64,000 nucleotides of DNA from Selaginella moellendorffii (taxonomy: Eukaryota; Plantae; Lycopodiophyta), in NCBI RefSeq assembly GCF_000143415.4, contig NW_003314288.1, positions 882,642-946,641 on the forward strand. The letters are read 5' to 3'. The notes below the pieces were generated by a model that was given only the letters and a program-made list of their open reading frames with translations, was not told where the DNA came from and made no database searches. Positions 34,301 through 45,269 of this stretch are shown here, piece after piece. Positions within the stretch are counted from its first letter, which is position 1; each line of letters begins with the position of its first letter. The position numbers and the translations under genes are program-made.

Positions 34301-35812
34301 AACACTCCGAGTTCCCATGGAGTGGAAAATCTTGCGAGCCTCCTCAAGCTCGCCACACTTGCAGTACATGTCTACCAGGCAAGTCGCCATGTACAGACCT
34401 AGATGTTTCTTCTCCTTGCTCAGTACTGAATGGACTTCCATCCCGATGCGTAGAACTCTCTCCCTCTTCTCGCTGGATTCGGTAGCAAGTGTGGAGCAGG
34501 CGCTGATCACCGCGACATGAGTCCGATCGTTGGGTTGAATGGTGGTACAAGCTCTCAGGGCAGAGTAGTACTCCAGAGCAAGTTCAGCTCGCCCGTTCGT
34601 GTTGCAGCCCTGGATGATCGCGGTGTAGGACACAACACTCCGAGTTCCCATGGAGTGGAAAATCTTGCGAGCCTCCTCAAGCTCGCGACACTTGCAGTAC
34701 ATGTCTACCAGGCAATTCGCCACGAACAGATCTAGCTGTTTCTTCTCCTTGCTCAGCATTGAATGGATCTCCATCCCAATGCGTAGAGCTCTCTCCCTCT
34801 TCTCGCTGGATTCGGTAGCAAGTGTGGAGCAGGCGCTGATCACCGCGACATGTGTCCAATCGTCGGGTTGAATGGTGTTATCAGCTCTCAGGGCAGAGTA
34901 GTACTCCAGAGCAAGTTCAGCTTGCCCATTCGAGCCGCAGCCCTGGATGATCGCGTTGTAGGACACAACACTCCGAGTTCCCATGGAGTGGAAAATCTTG
35001 CGAGCCTCCTCAAGTTCGCCACACTTGCAGTACATGTCTACCAGGCAATTCGCCACGAACAGATCTACCTGTTTCTTCTCCTTGCTCAGCATTGAATGGA
35101 CTTCCATCCCGATGCGTAGAGCTCTCTCCCTCTTCTCGCTGGATTCGGTAGCAAGTGTGGAGCAGGCGCTGATCACCGCGACATGTGTCCGACCGTTGGG
35201 TTGAATGGTGGTACAAGCTCTCAGGGCAGAGTAGTACTCCAGAGCAAGTTCAGCTTGCCCGTTCGAGCCGCAGCCCTGGATGATCGCGTTGTAGGACACA
35301 ACACTCCGGGTTCCCATGGAGTCGAAAATCTTGCGAGCCTCCTCAAGCTCGCCACACTTGCAGTACATATCGATCAATCCCGTCAACAAGTAGATGTTGC
35401 TTTTGTGCTCATCACTCTTGAGCACAGCTTCATGGGCTTGTTTTCCCAAAGAAAGGGATCTGCTCTCAGCTGAGTCTCTCACGCGGTGTATCAGCCTCCC
35501 TAAACTCACCGGTTCATCACCAGCTACAGGTGGGGTATGTGGAGATTTGTAGCGGGCCGTGGTGGCCTTACCTACAGATGGGTCAGCGAGCGACTCGAGT
35601 TTTGCAGAGACTGTTTTCCTGTTGGCGATCCACAGGCTCTCTCCGGTAGAAACATGTTTGAAATCCGGGTAGGACTCTGAGAAGAACTTGTTTTTCTTCT
35701 TGAACCTATTGTCCCACCAGAAAGTGGGATCCCTGAACTCCATGAGATTGTTGAGAAATGACACACACACCACACAAACCCTAGCGCTGCACGCATACCC
35801 TAGAAATCCCAT
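31394..35812 (-). CDS. PLS-class PPR protein with E1/E2 and DYW-type (WW-subtype-like) cytidine deaminase domain; putative organellar C-to-U editing factor
   Basis: Uninterrupted 1472-aa ORF with about 32 PPR motifs, P2-L2-S2-E1-E2, PGRSWW box, HSEK and CDDCH zinc ligands, and C-terminus CSCDKYF. The true start codon and targeting peptide are uncertain. Confidence 0.93.
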   Translation of the reverse strand: MGFLGYACSARVCVVCVSFLNNLMEFRDPTFWWDNRFKKKNKFFSESYPDFKHVSTGESLWIANRKTVSAKLESLADPSVGKATTARYKSPHTPPVAGDEPVSLGRLIHRVRDSAESRSLSLGKQAHEAVLKSDEHKSNIYLLTGLIDMYCKCGELEEARKIFDSMGTRSVVSYNAIIQGCGSNGQAELALEYYSALRACTTIQPNGRTHVAVISACSTLATESSEKRERALRIGMEVHSMLSKEKKQVDLFVANCLVDMYCKCGELEEARKIFHSMGTRSVVSYNAIIQGCGSNGQAELALEYYSALRADNTIQPDDWTHVAVISACSTLATESSEKRERALRIGMEIHSMLSKEKKQLDLFVANCLVDMYCKCRELEEARKIFHSMGTRSVVSYTAIIQGCNTNGRAELALEYYSALRACTTIQPNDRTHVAVISACSTLATESSEKRERVLRIGMEVHSVLSKEKKHLGLYMATCLVDMYCKCGELEEARKIFHSMGTRSVVSYTAIIQGCNTNGRAELALEYYSALRADNTIQPDDRTHVVVISACSTLATESSEKRERALRIGMEVHSMLSKEKKQLDLFVANCLVDMYCKCGELEEARKIFHSMGTRSVVSYTVIIQGCNTNGRAELALEYYSALRADNTIQPDDRTHVVVISACSTLATESSEKRERALRIGMEIHSMLSKEKKQLDLFVANCLVDMYCKCRELEEARKIFHSMGTRSVVSYTAIIQGCNTNGRAELALEYYSALRACTTIQPNDRTHVAVISACSTLATESSEKRERVLRIGMEVHSVLSKEKKHLGLYMATCLVDMYCKCGELEEARKIFHSMGTRSVVSYTAIIQGCNTNGRAELALEYYSALRADNTIQPDDRTHVVVISACSTLATESSEKRERALRIGMEVHSMLSKEKKQLDLFVANCLVDMYCKCGELEEARKIFHSMGTRSVVSYTVIIQGCNTNGRAELALEYYSALRADNTIQPDDRTHVVVISACSTLATESSEKRERALRIGMEIHSMLSKEKKQLDLFVANCLVDMYCKCGELEKARKIFHAMGSRSVVSYTAIIQGCNTNGRAELALEYYSALRADNTIQANACTYTCVLVACGSVMAIKLGREIHQLAKHKGLLKNDPVLGSSLVSFYGKCGDVDSAQEAFDECRARDDTGLWNSLIQAYTLQGRSIEALERFYSMTQEEGCKADDVSFVLVLNACSHGGLVGKGRQLLDEMPKQFGVKPRLEHYVCLIDMLGRANLLDEAVRVLRAMPFEPDAVVWTSLLGACRKWKNYTIGILAFERLVEMDPKSGTPYALMANIFGNLGMLSERAAVVEKMRGESSFREPGRSWWTDVSSGKVHSFSVGDRSHSQSDEIAAKLKQLLLRMKEEGYASDVINVLKYIPEEEKEDHLCGHSEKLALGCALVNSHQKETIRIVKNLRVCDDCHAATALISKLEKRLIICKDASRVHVFQDGRCSCDKYF
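32531..35302 (-). repeat. In-frame 333-bp tandem array: 8 P-L-S triplets plus a ninth P motif; units 3-5 duplicated as 6-8 (999 bp)
   Basis: VVSY motif recurs every 111 aa. Identical antisense ORFs recur at a 999-bp offset (e.g. 33185/34184, 33518/34517). Confidence 0.95.
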
Positions 35813-36162
35813 TAAACTGTGGTCCTGTTTTCTGTTTTTTCTTTTTCCAATTCTTTTCCTTTTTAAACTTTACAATGTCACAGCTTAACTGCAGCATTAT
35901 TGTTAAAAAAAAATCTCTTTGATATATATAGAAAGTGAGCCAGCAGCAATCAGTTGCTCAAGAGCTGAAGAATCAGTACATGCATAATTTTCAGACAATC
36001 TTCTAACTGGCTGAACATCAGGTTTTTATGATTATTATTATTATTACTAACAACACGCACGAACTTCCTAGAAATCCCGATTTATTATTCTCTGCATTCA
36101 TTTTTTATATGATCTGTTACTGCATGCACTTAACTGTAGGTAGTCTTCAGTTCTTCAATAGG

Positions 36163-37810
36163 CTAAAAGATATCAATACACTCAATATGCAAAAATAAAC
36201 CACACTCTACACAAATTGAATAAAAAATGCTCTTCATAGGGCCAGAAGCCCCAGGGCACCATTTTCATGCAGAACAGCTTCGCAAATGACTCTTGCCCGG
36301 GGCCCATGCACAGGAGTCCTCGGGCAGTGGTAAAACCTCACAAGGCCTCACGTACTTATATTCACCCTGGGCTTCTGGCTGCTCCGCAACATACCTTACC
36401 ACACCAAACTCTTCACACATGAAGCCACACACGGAGGAAAAAACCACACGAGGCCTCATGTGCTTACATTCAGTCCTTATATCTGTTCTTGGCCTTGCTC
36501 GGTTCATCTCCTTTGTTGTCCACCTGCGCTTCTTTACTTCATGTTTTTGCTTACATGCTTCGATTGACATCTTCAGATTTTCAAGCGAACGATTGTGGCA
36601 TACCGTGGCTACGTTTTTCGGCAGAGCTTGGAGGTGCTGAAAGCGGCATTAAGTTCATGGAGGATTGATCTTGATTTGGATTGTATGGATCTCTATAAAT
36701 TTTGAAACTTAAGTTTATTTTTCTCCTTTTTCTTCTGTGTTGCCAAAATAACTGGTGTCAAACTTGCTTTTGCAGACTATCTCTACTACTTCTGGATGCG
36801 ATCAAGGCCTGCTGCTCATTGCTTCAAAGGAGGAGATGATAATTGATCCCCAAAGAGCGAGCTCGATGGTTTTGTTGCTTTCATCAAGTTATCATTCTGT
36901 GCGATCTGAAACACCACATCGTCCACTGTACTTTCACAGGTTTCGAGACAGGTACCCGGGAAAGCTGTATTCCATTGTTGTTCCTCAGGACCTGGAGTTG
37001 TTTTGCCGCCTCAAGTGTGAGCTGATCAAGATGAGGGAGAAGCTTGCAATGGTGGAGGCTTGGGCTCGAGCAAGGTTGCAGATGCAGTATGAGGATGATT
37101 TCTTCTACAACTAGCTTTGTGGATCTTTCCACATTGAGATCGTCGAACGGAGAGTGTTGTAGCATAAGTTATCTCCTGGAGAAATGGTCCTGGCTCAAGG
37201 AGCAGTTTGCACGCATCCGCACGTCAAGATTGTTGGAGAGCTCAACTGGAAGATGGAAAAAGGCCAAGGTGACTCATGGGGTTTCAAAACCTGCACTCGG
37301 CTTGGTAAGGTTTGGTGAGTTGAATAAGTATGATGAGTTTGAAGAGACAATCGCACAAAAAAAGGACGGGGGGGGGGGGACGTCTAGACGTGAAGCGTGC
37401 TAGCTCTCCTGAATGGCTTCAAAGAGGTGAGGTCTGAATCTTGGCTTGTGCTCCTTGTAAGAGCTAACTAGCTAGCAAAAACAGAGGAGACGGTGAAGAG
37501 GATGCCTCTTGAACTCCAAGAGAACAACAGACCTTTTTTTTTAAGGAGGGGAGAAGCTGCTAGCAGCTCAGAAGTAGGAGCAGTGGAGCAAGAGGAGGGC
37601 TGATGTCATCCCTGTGCGCCAAAACTGCTGGGTGGTTCGGGGCTTGGTTAAAGTAGGCAACCGGGTGGAGGCAGGGGGTTGGGAGCAATCCAGAGGCTTG
37701 AGGTATGACTTGTCTTTTCTACCTGGTGGAACTCCATCCGAGCATTCCTACTTCCCTCTTTTAAGCCGTTTTTACTATTAGCTCGTGTTAACTCTTAACT
37801 CACATTTATA
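36163..37810. repeat. Inverted copy of the 1779-3451 block, forming most of the spacer between the two PPR-DYW genes
   Basis: Reverse-complement similarity along its length. Confidence 0.9.
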
Positions 37811-37917
37811 CATTGTGAAGTTTAAAAAGGAAAAGAATTAGAAAAAGAAAAAACAGAAAACACGAGCTTTTTACTACTACAGTTAAGTGCAGAATAACAA
37901 ATCGGGATTTCTAGGGT

Positions 37918-40900
37918 ATGCGTGCGGCGTTTGTGTGGTGTGTCTGTCATTTCTCAACAATCTCATGCAGTGGAAAACGTTTTTCAGGGATCCCACTTTC
38001 TGGGGACAACAGGTTCAAGAAGAAAAACAAGTTCTTCTCAGAGTCCTACCCGGATTTCAAACATGTTTCTACCGGAGAGAGCCTGTGGATCGCCAACAGG
38101 AAAACACCAACCTGGGTCTCTGCAAAACTCGAGTCGCTCGCTGACCCAGCTGTAGGTAAGGCCACCACGGCCCGCTACAAATCTCCACATACCCCACCTG
38201 TAGCTGGTGATGAACCGGTGAGTTTAGGGAGGCTGATACACCGCGTGAGAGACTCAGCTGAGAGCAGATCCCTTTCTTTGGGAAAACAAGCCCATGAAGC
38301 TGTGCTCAAGAGTGATGAGCACAAAAGCAACATCTACTTGTTGACGGGATTGATCGATATGTACTGCAAGTGTGGCGAGCTTGAGGAGGCTCGCAAGATT
38401 TTCGACTCCATGGGAACCCGGAGTGTTGTGTCCTACAACGCGATCATCCAGGGCTGCGGCTCGAACGGGCAAGCTGAACTTGCTCTGGAGTACTACTCTG
38501 CCCTGAGAGCTTGTACCACCATTCAACCCAACGATTGGACATATGTCGCGGTGATCAGCGCCTGCTCCAGACTTGCTACCGAATCCAGCGAGAAGAGGGA
38601 GAAAGCTCTACGCATCGGGATGGAGATCCATTCAATGCTGAGCAAGGAGAAGAAACAGGTAGATCTGTTCGTGGCGACTTGCCTGGTAGACATGTACTGC
38701 AAGTGTGGCGAGCTTGAGGAGGCTTGCAAGATTTTCCACTCCATGGGAACTCGGAGTGTTGTGTCCTACAACGCGATCATCCAGGGCTGCGGCTCGAACG
38801 GGCAAGCTGAACTTGCTCTGGAGTACTACTCTGCCCTGAGAGCTTGTACCACCATTCAACCCAACGATCGGACTCATCTCGCGGTGATCAGCGCCTGCTC
38901 CACACTTGCTACCGAATCCAGCGAGAAGAGGGAGAGAGCTCTACGCATCGGGATGGGGATCCATTCAATGCTGAGCAAGGAGAAGAAACAGCTAGATCTG
39001 TTCGTGGCGACTTGCCTGGTAGACATGTACTGCAAGTGTGGCGAGCTTGAGGAGGCTCGCAAGATTTTCCACTCCATGGGAACTCGGAGTGTTGTGTCCT
39101 ACAACGCGATCATCCAGGGCTGCGGCTCGAACGGGCAAGCTGAACTTGCTCTGGAGTACTACTCTGCCCTGAGAGCTTGTACCACCATTCAACCCAACGA
39201 TCGGACTCATCTCGCGGTGATCAGCGCCTGCTCCACACTTGCTACCGAATCCAGCGAGAAGAGGGAGAGAGCTCTACGCATCGGGATGGGGATCCATTCA
39301 ATGCTGAGCAAGGAGAAGAAACAGGTAGATCTGTTCGTGGCGACTTGCCTGGTAGACATGTACTGCAAGTGTGGCGAGCTTGAGGAGGCTCGCAAGATTT
39401 TCGACTCCATGGGAACTCGGAGTGTTGTGTCCTACAACGCGATCATCCAGGGCTGCGGCTCGAACGGGCAAGCTGAACTTGCTCTGGAGTACTACTCTGC
39501 CCTGAGAGCTGATAACACTATTCAACCCGACAATCGGACACATGTCGCGGTGATCAGCGCCTGCTCCACACTTGCTACCGAATCCAGCGAGAAGAGGGAG
39601 AGAGCTCTACGCATCGGGATGGAAGTCCATTCAGTACTGAGCAAGGAGAAGAAACATCTAGGTCTGTACATGGCGACTTGCCTGGTAGACATGTACGGCA
39701 AGTGTGGCGAGCTTGAGGAGGCTCGCAAGATTTTCCACTCCATGGGAACTTGGAGTGTTGTGTCCTACACCGCGATCATCCAGGGCTGCCACACGAACGG
39801 GCGAGCTGAACTTGCTCTGGAGTACTACTCTGCCCTGAGAGCTTGTACCACCATTCAACCCAACGATCGGACTCATGTCGCGGTGATCAGCGCCTGCTCC
39901 AGAGTTTCTACCGAATCCAGCGAGAAGAGGGAGAGAGCTCTACGCATCGGGATGGACATCCATTCAATGCTGAGCAAGGAGAAGAAACATCTAGGTCTGT
40001 ACATGGCGACTTGCCTGGTAGACATGTACTGCAAGTGTGGCGAGCTTGAGGAGGCTCGCAAGATTTTCCACTCCATGGGAACTCGGAGTGTTGTGTCCTA
40101 CACCGCGATCATCCAGGGCTGCAACACGAACGGGCGAGCTGAACTTGCTCTGGGGTACTACTCTGCCCTGAGAGCTGATAACACCATTCAAGCTAATGCT
40201 TGCACCTACACCGGCGTCCTTGTTGCTTGCGGGAGTGTGATGGCGATCAAGCTCGGGAGGGAGATTCACCAGCTGGCGAAGCATAAAGGGCTGCTGAAAA
40301 ACAATCCAGTTCTGGGCTCCAGCCTGGTGAGCTTCTATGGCAAATGCGGCGATGTTGATTCTGCTCAGGAAGCGTTTGACGAGTGCCGATCTCGGGACAA
40401 CACGGGTCTCTGGAACTCTCTCATACAGGCTTACACTCTCCAGGGCCGATCAATCGAGGCCTTGGAGCGTTTCTATTCCATGACTCAGGAGGAGGGCTGT
40501 AAAGCTGACGATGTGAGTTTTGTCTCGGTGTTGAACGCTTGCAGCCATGGTGGTCTGGTGGGGAAAGGAAGGCAGCTTCTGGATGAAATGCCCAAGCAGT
40601 ATGGAGTCAAGCCACGTCTGGAGCATTATGTGTGCCCGATCGATATGCTCGGGCGAGCTAACCTCCTCGACGAAGCTGTGAGAGTTCTCAGAGCCATGCC
40701 TTTTGAACCGGATGCAGTGGTTTGGACGTCCCTGCTCGGAGCCTGCCGGAAGTGGAAGAATTACACGATCGGCAAACTCGCGTTTGAGCGTCTTGTGGAG
40801 ATGGATCCCAAGAGCGGCACGCCCTATGCATTGATGGCCAATATATTTGGAAACCTGGGGATGCTCAGTGAAATGGCCGCTGTTGTGGAGAGAATGAGGG

Positions 40901-41333
40901 TGAAGACAGCTTCAGGGAGCCCGGGAGAAGCTGGTGGACGGATGTTAGCTCTCTTTCTCTTCCTCGGGTATGTCTTTTAGAACGTTGATCACATAGCTCA
41001 CGTAGCCCTCCTCTTTCATTCTCAGCAACAATTGCTTGAGCTTGGCCGCAATCTCGTCGCTCTGTGAGTGACTCCTATCCCCGACAGAAAAAGAATGCAC
41101 TTTTCCTGGATCACCTGTGCGGCCACAGTGAGAAGCTTGCGCTGGGGTGTGCTCTGGTGAACTCACACCAGAAGGAGACCATCAGAATTGTGAAAAATTT
41201 CCGAGTTTGTGACGATTGCCATGCGGCCACTGCTCTCATCTCTAAGCTGGAAAAAAGGCTAATCATCTACAAAGATGCCAGTCGGGTTCATGTGTTCCAG
41301 GATGGCAGATGTTCCTGTGACAACTACTTTTGA
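37918..41333 (+). pseudogene. Paralogous PPR-E-DYW gene with disrupted DYW domain (could still give a 1020-aa PPR-E protein)
   Basis: ORF 37918-40980 has 5 triplets plus a sixth P (38425-40197). There is a 1-bp deletion near 40899 relative to the paralogue and an inversion at 40952-41107. The catalytic tail HSEK..CDDCH..DNYF is stranded in ORF 41064-41333. Confidence 0.88.
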
Positions 41334-42874
41334 AAACATGTCAGTGCTCTTTCTTGCAGTTATCCCTGGTTTTAAACCCTCCGTGAGTCAAGCAGAAACA
41401 TGGGCCGCTGAGTGAGCATGCCTCGTCAAAGTACCGCCGCCAACCTGAACTTCACGGAGAAAAAAGTAACATTTAAAAGTTAAAACTATGCAAAAGGAGG
41501 ATGACAAGAATCGGGGAATACTGACTAAACTTGCCAACAGGTGCCCCAAAACGGAGCGCCCAGATTCAGATAATAAGCTTTAGTATGAAGACTTGCTGAT
41601 AGGAAGTACTGCCTCATGTTCCGGGAGCAAGGTGATGGTGGCTTGTGGCATGACCAACTTTGGGTTTGTGCTCCTAGAGCACGTTGAAGACGTGTGGAAG
41701 CTGGTGACAATGGCATTTGTTTCTTGCGACATACTCACCAGTTCCCTCTGGTGCCCAACCTCAAGGCTCTCTTGTGGATGGAGCTAGCCCTACACAGTGT
41801 GTGTGTGTGTGTATCAACCAGCAGATGCACAAATTGTTGAGAATTAGCAACAAGTGTGTATTATAGGCTTAGTACGTAGTGTACTAGTGTACATGTACAT
41901 GTGTTTCAGCTAAATATAATGGGCCAAATACACTGAAAAAGTGTGTATAAGAAGAGTAGAAACAAATTAAGAAATGTAAATTAAGAAGTGCAAAAGAAAT
42001 GAAAATAAAAATTGTCCATCCTCATCAGTTTGCTGAAATTAAGTTGGATTCAATTCTTCCAGCTCCAAATATTGTGATTGAGTTGTAAGTTAATTAATAG
42101 TAGAAAATAAGAAAAAAAACAAACATTGGAAAAATAGTGTTTGATAATATCTTCTTTGCTTTTAGTTTTTTATTTTCGAAAGAAAATTACTGGGGAAGTG
42201 CTGGTAAAGATATCTTTGCCGTTCGTTGGTGGTTAATTAAATGAGCATGTTTAGAGATGTTTATAAGAGTTTAGCTCTGGACGAAAATTAAAGTTCAAAA
42301 TTTACGTTTTCCCTATTTGCACAATAACTTAAGCTAAAGTAATGTACTTACCCTTATTTTTTATGGGAAAATTATTAGTATTTTGGATTCGCACGAAAAA
42401 AAAGGCGAATTTAGAGGATTCTAAAGTAAAAACCCCGACCAAATCTAAAGTGTTGGGTCATTTTAAGTTGTTAAAAATTATTCCGGAAATATTCGAGAAG
42501 ATTCTTAGGTTAGGCTTTGGCGTGCCTGCGAAGAAGATCTGATCTCGCGGCACGGCCCGAGAATTAAAACATGGAGAGGCCTGAGGAGGTGGAGGAAGCA
42601 GGTAATCCGATTTTAGGGTTGGAAGAGGAGGAAGTCGCCATAGGGAAATGGGGATCTGGGCCTGTTCGTGCTCTATCTTCACCAACAGGAGGAGGAAGAG
42701 GTGCCCATGGACGGAGAGGTGGCCATGGAGTGGGAGGAGGGCGCGGGGTGGCCGGGGTTGGCCGCGGATCTCTGAATCTGGCCCCGGGAGGATTAGGCCA
42801 TGGTTCTGAGGCGGCTCGAGGAGGGGTTGCCCCGGGAGGAGGAGGCCATGGTTCTACTCTAGGAGCAGGACCTC

Positions 42875-43900
42875 TTCGTCAGAAGTTTAAGCATCGAGCC
42901 ATTGTCTGGGCACATTGAAATGTCTTTGGCGGCAACAACATCACAAGATTCAAATGGCTGGAAGAAGTTTGGTGCTGGAGAGATCGTTAGTGGCTGCATA
43001 CACAACATTGAAGCATTTGGGATCTTCATCAGCCTTGCCAAGAGCAATGTGGTAAGCTCTCTCTCTATCTTGGTTTCAAGTTCTTAGTCTGTGCTCCAAG
43101 GTTGCTTGTGTCATGTCTCTGAAGTGTCTTACGATTTTATTCAAGACTTGTCAACACTTTGCAAAGTCGGCCAATGGGTTCAAGTAAAGATTCTAAAGGT
43201 GAGAACGAAAGCTTGAGTAAAACCACAGGGTTATGATTTCCCTCTACAGGTTGATGCGGAAACCAAACGTATATCTCTTGGAATGAAAGCGTCATATCTG
43301 ACCCCTGAGGATGGCATCGAGCCGATGGAGGAAGAAGCTATAAATAAAGAGCCTTCGAACACAAATGTGCTCATGGATAATGATGAGAGGGAGGAGGAGG
43401 ACTACTTGGATCTGGCATCAAAACGATTCCCACAGCTATGCATGTTGATCCACTCTCAACAAAGACGTTGAGGATACAGTGCCAATTGACTTGAAAGAGC
43501 AGAGTTACTTCTTGTTTATATTTAGTCTTCTCATGTCCTGCTTCTCGACAGGGAGGCTGCAGCAAAAGAGCAGTTATTACAGAAGGACCAGCCTCCAGAG
43601 ACCAAGGACGACTTTGAAAGGCTTGTAGCAGCGTCACCAAATAGTAGCTCCATGTGAATCAAATGCATGGCTTATTGGTTGTGTCTTGCGGACCTGGACA
43701 AGGTGCGAGCAGTGGCTGAAAGGTAACACTCTACTCACATTTGATTCTATTTTTCTTTAGGTGTTACAATCCAAGCTCTTTTTTATAGGGCATTGGAGAA
43801 GATAATTTATTGAGAAGAAATGGAAAAGATGAACAAATGTATGGCTTGCACTCACAATGTAATGTTTTTGATTTTCCTACAACCTAGAGAAGCATTTGAA
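42875..43900 (+). pseudogene. RRP5: Second RRP5 fragment
   Basis: Inverted copy of ~23885-24880 (ORFs 42902-43087 and 43283-43471). Confidence 0.8.
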
Positions 43901-45269
43901 GAGCAAATGGCAATTACTTTAGGTGGATATAATGACCATGGAAACTACTATAGTAAGCATGCTTGTGTTTGGGGATAGAGATCAAGGGTATGGTAGAAGA
44001 CCTCAATGTTTTGAGTGTTAATTTGGGGATATATTACAGGCGCTAGCTTTGACCACATGGTCAACATTGGTCAAAGGGAGGCTCAAGGGTTTATGAAAGC
44101 ATGTTAGAGTAAGGAACTTAAGAGTGACAGTGTAGAGGAGCTTTAGAGGTAGCTTGGGGGTGGTTGAGTTCAAGAGGAGGTGTAGTTTAGTCTAGGCAAA
44201 TTAAATTGTTGAATTTTTGTGCCGGGGTCATAACATTGGTATCAGAGGTGTTAGTTGTGATGGCCGACTAAGTTGAACACTGGAATCCTATTATCGATGG
44301 TAGTGCCAATGATGGTGCCAATGGAGCTGTAGAGTTTTGGACCATGGAAGATGTTATTCACGAGCTGCGAACCCTTAATAAAAATCAGCAAGAGATGCAA
44401 GACAAGATGCATAGCATGATGGGTACCTTGCATGAGCGTGTTGAGGCACTTGGGGCTAGTTGTGGTGGCACTCCAAGTAAGCCTTCTTTGGTGGATTAAC
44501 TTAAGATTCTAACTTTTTCTAGTGATGGTTATGTGGATGAATATCTAGCTTAGCTAGCTAATGTGAAGAAGTTCTTGGCTGGTAAAAAAACTCCAAATGC
44601 AAAGGCTTTAGTGGCTATTCCAATGGTTTTGTGTGATGCAGGTCTTTAGTGGTGGAATTGGCTAAAATAGTTTTGTGTTGCAGATAAAAAACCATTAGTG
44701 TTTATGATGGATGAGTTTGAGGTTGCTTTCCATTTACGTTTTGCCCTTCACTATGACATGAAAAATGCTTACACTGGACTTTGACATTTTCAGCAAGGGA
44801 AAATGAAGCTTAGGGATTATATTGAGAAGTTGACTCATTTAATTAGCTGTGTTCCAATGAAGGATCCAAATTAGAACAAGTCCTACTTCATTAATGGCCT
44901 TCATAGTGAGAGCATGTGGCAACACTTACATCATTCTTAGCTTACAAAAAGCTTGGAAGAGCTCTTTAATGCTGCTCGTTGACTAGACAATAACAAGTAT
45001 AAATCTCACAAGCGTTTGAGGAGTCCTTCTGTTGAGAATCATCATGATGATCATTATGGACATAAGGATGGGAATAAACATCACAAGCTAAAGTCTATGG
45101 TGGCTACTTTGGGTACACAGGTGTCAAAGAAGCAGAGTGTTTACTAAAATTGATCTGAGGAGTGGACATTGTCAGATTGCTACGGATGATGCATCTATCT
45201 CCAATATGGCATGCAACACGAGTTTTGGGCATTTTGAGTTTAAGGTTATGCCATTTGGTTTGACGAATG
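43900..45269 (+). mobile_element. Degenerate Gypsy 5' part (LTR end 44235, PBS 44237, gag, RT fragment)
   Basis: PBS tggtatcagagg. Gag matches the 22700-23450 copy. RT motifs VFTKIDLRSG and GHFEFKVMPFGLTN end exactly at the copy-B LTR. Confidence 0.8.

Larger units (their letters stand above)
37810..45078 (+). repeat. Right arm of a large inverted segmental duplication (left arm ~22708-35878)
   Basis: Mirror order PPR-DYW, Harbinger end, RRP5 exons, Gypsy LTR/PBS/gag. The right arm lacks the equivalent of ~24885-29750 (junction ~42872). Confidence 0.9.

Noticed and set aside
32531-35302. CRISPR-like array
   Set aside because: These are contiguous in-frame coding repeats with no unique spacers or cas genes, in a eukaryotic context.
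32102-40284. Dozens of 60-97-aa ORFs, plus one of 211 aa, overlapping the PPR genes
   Set aside because: They are antisense or alternate-frame shadows of the 333-bp repeat, with no independent coding signal.
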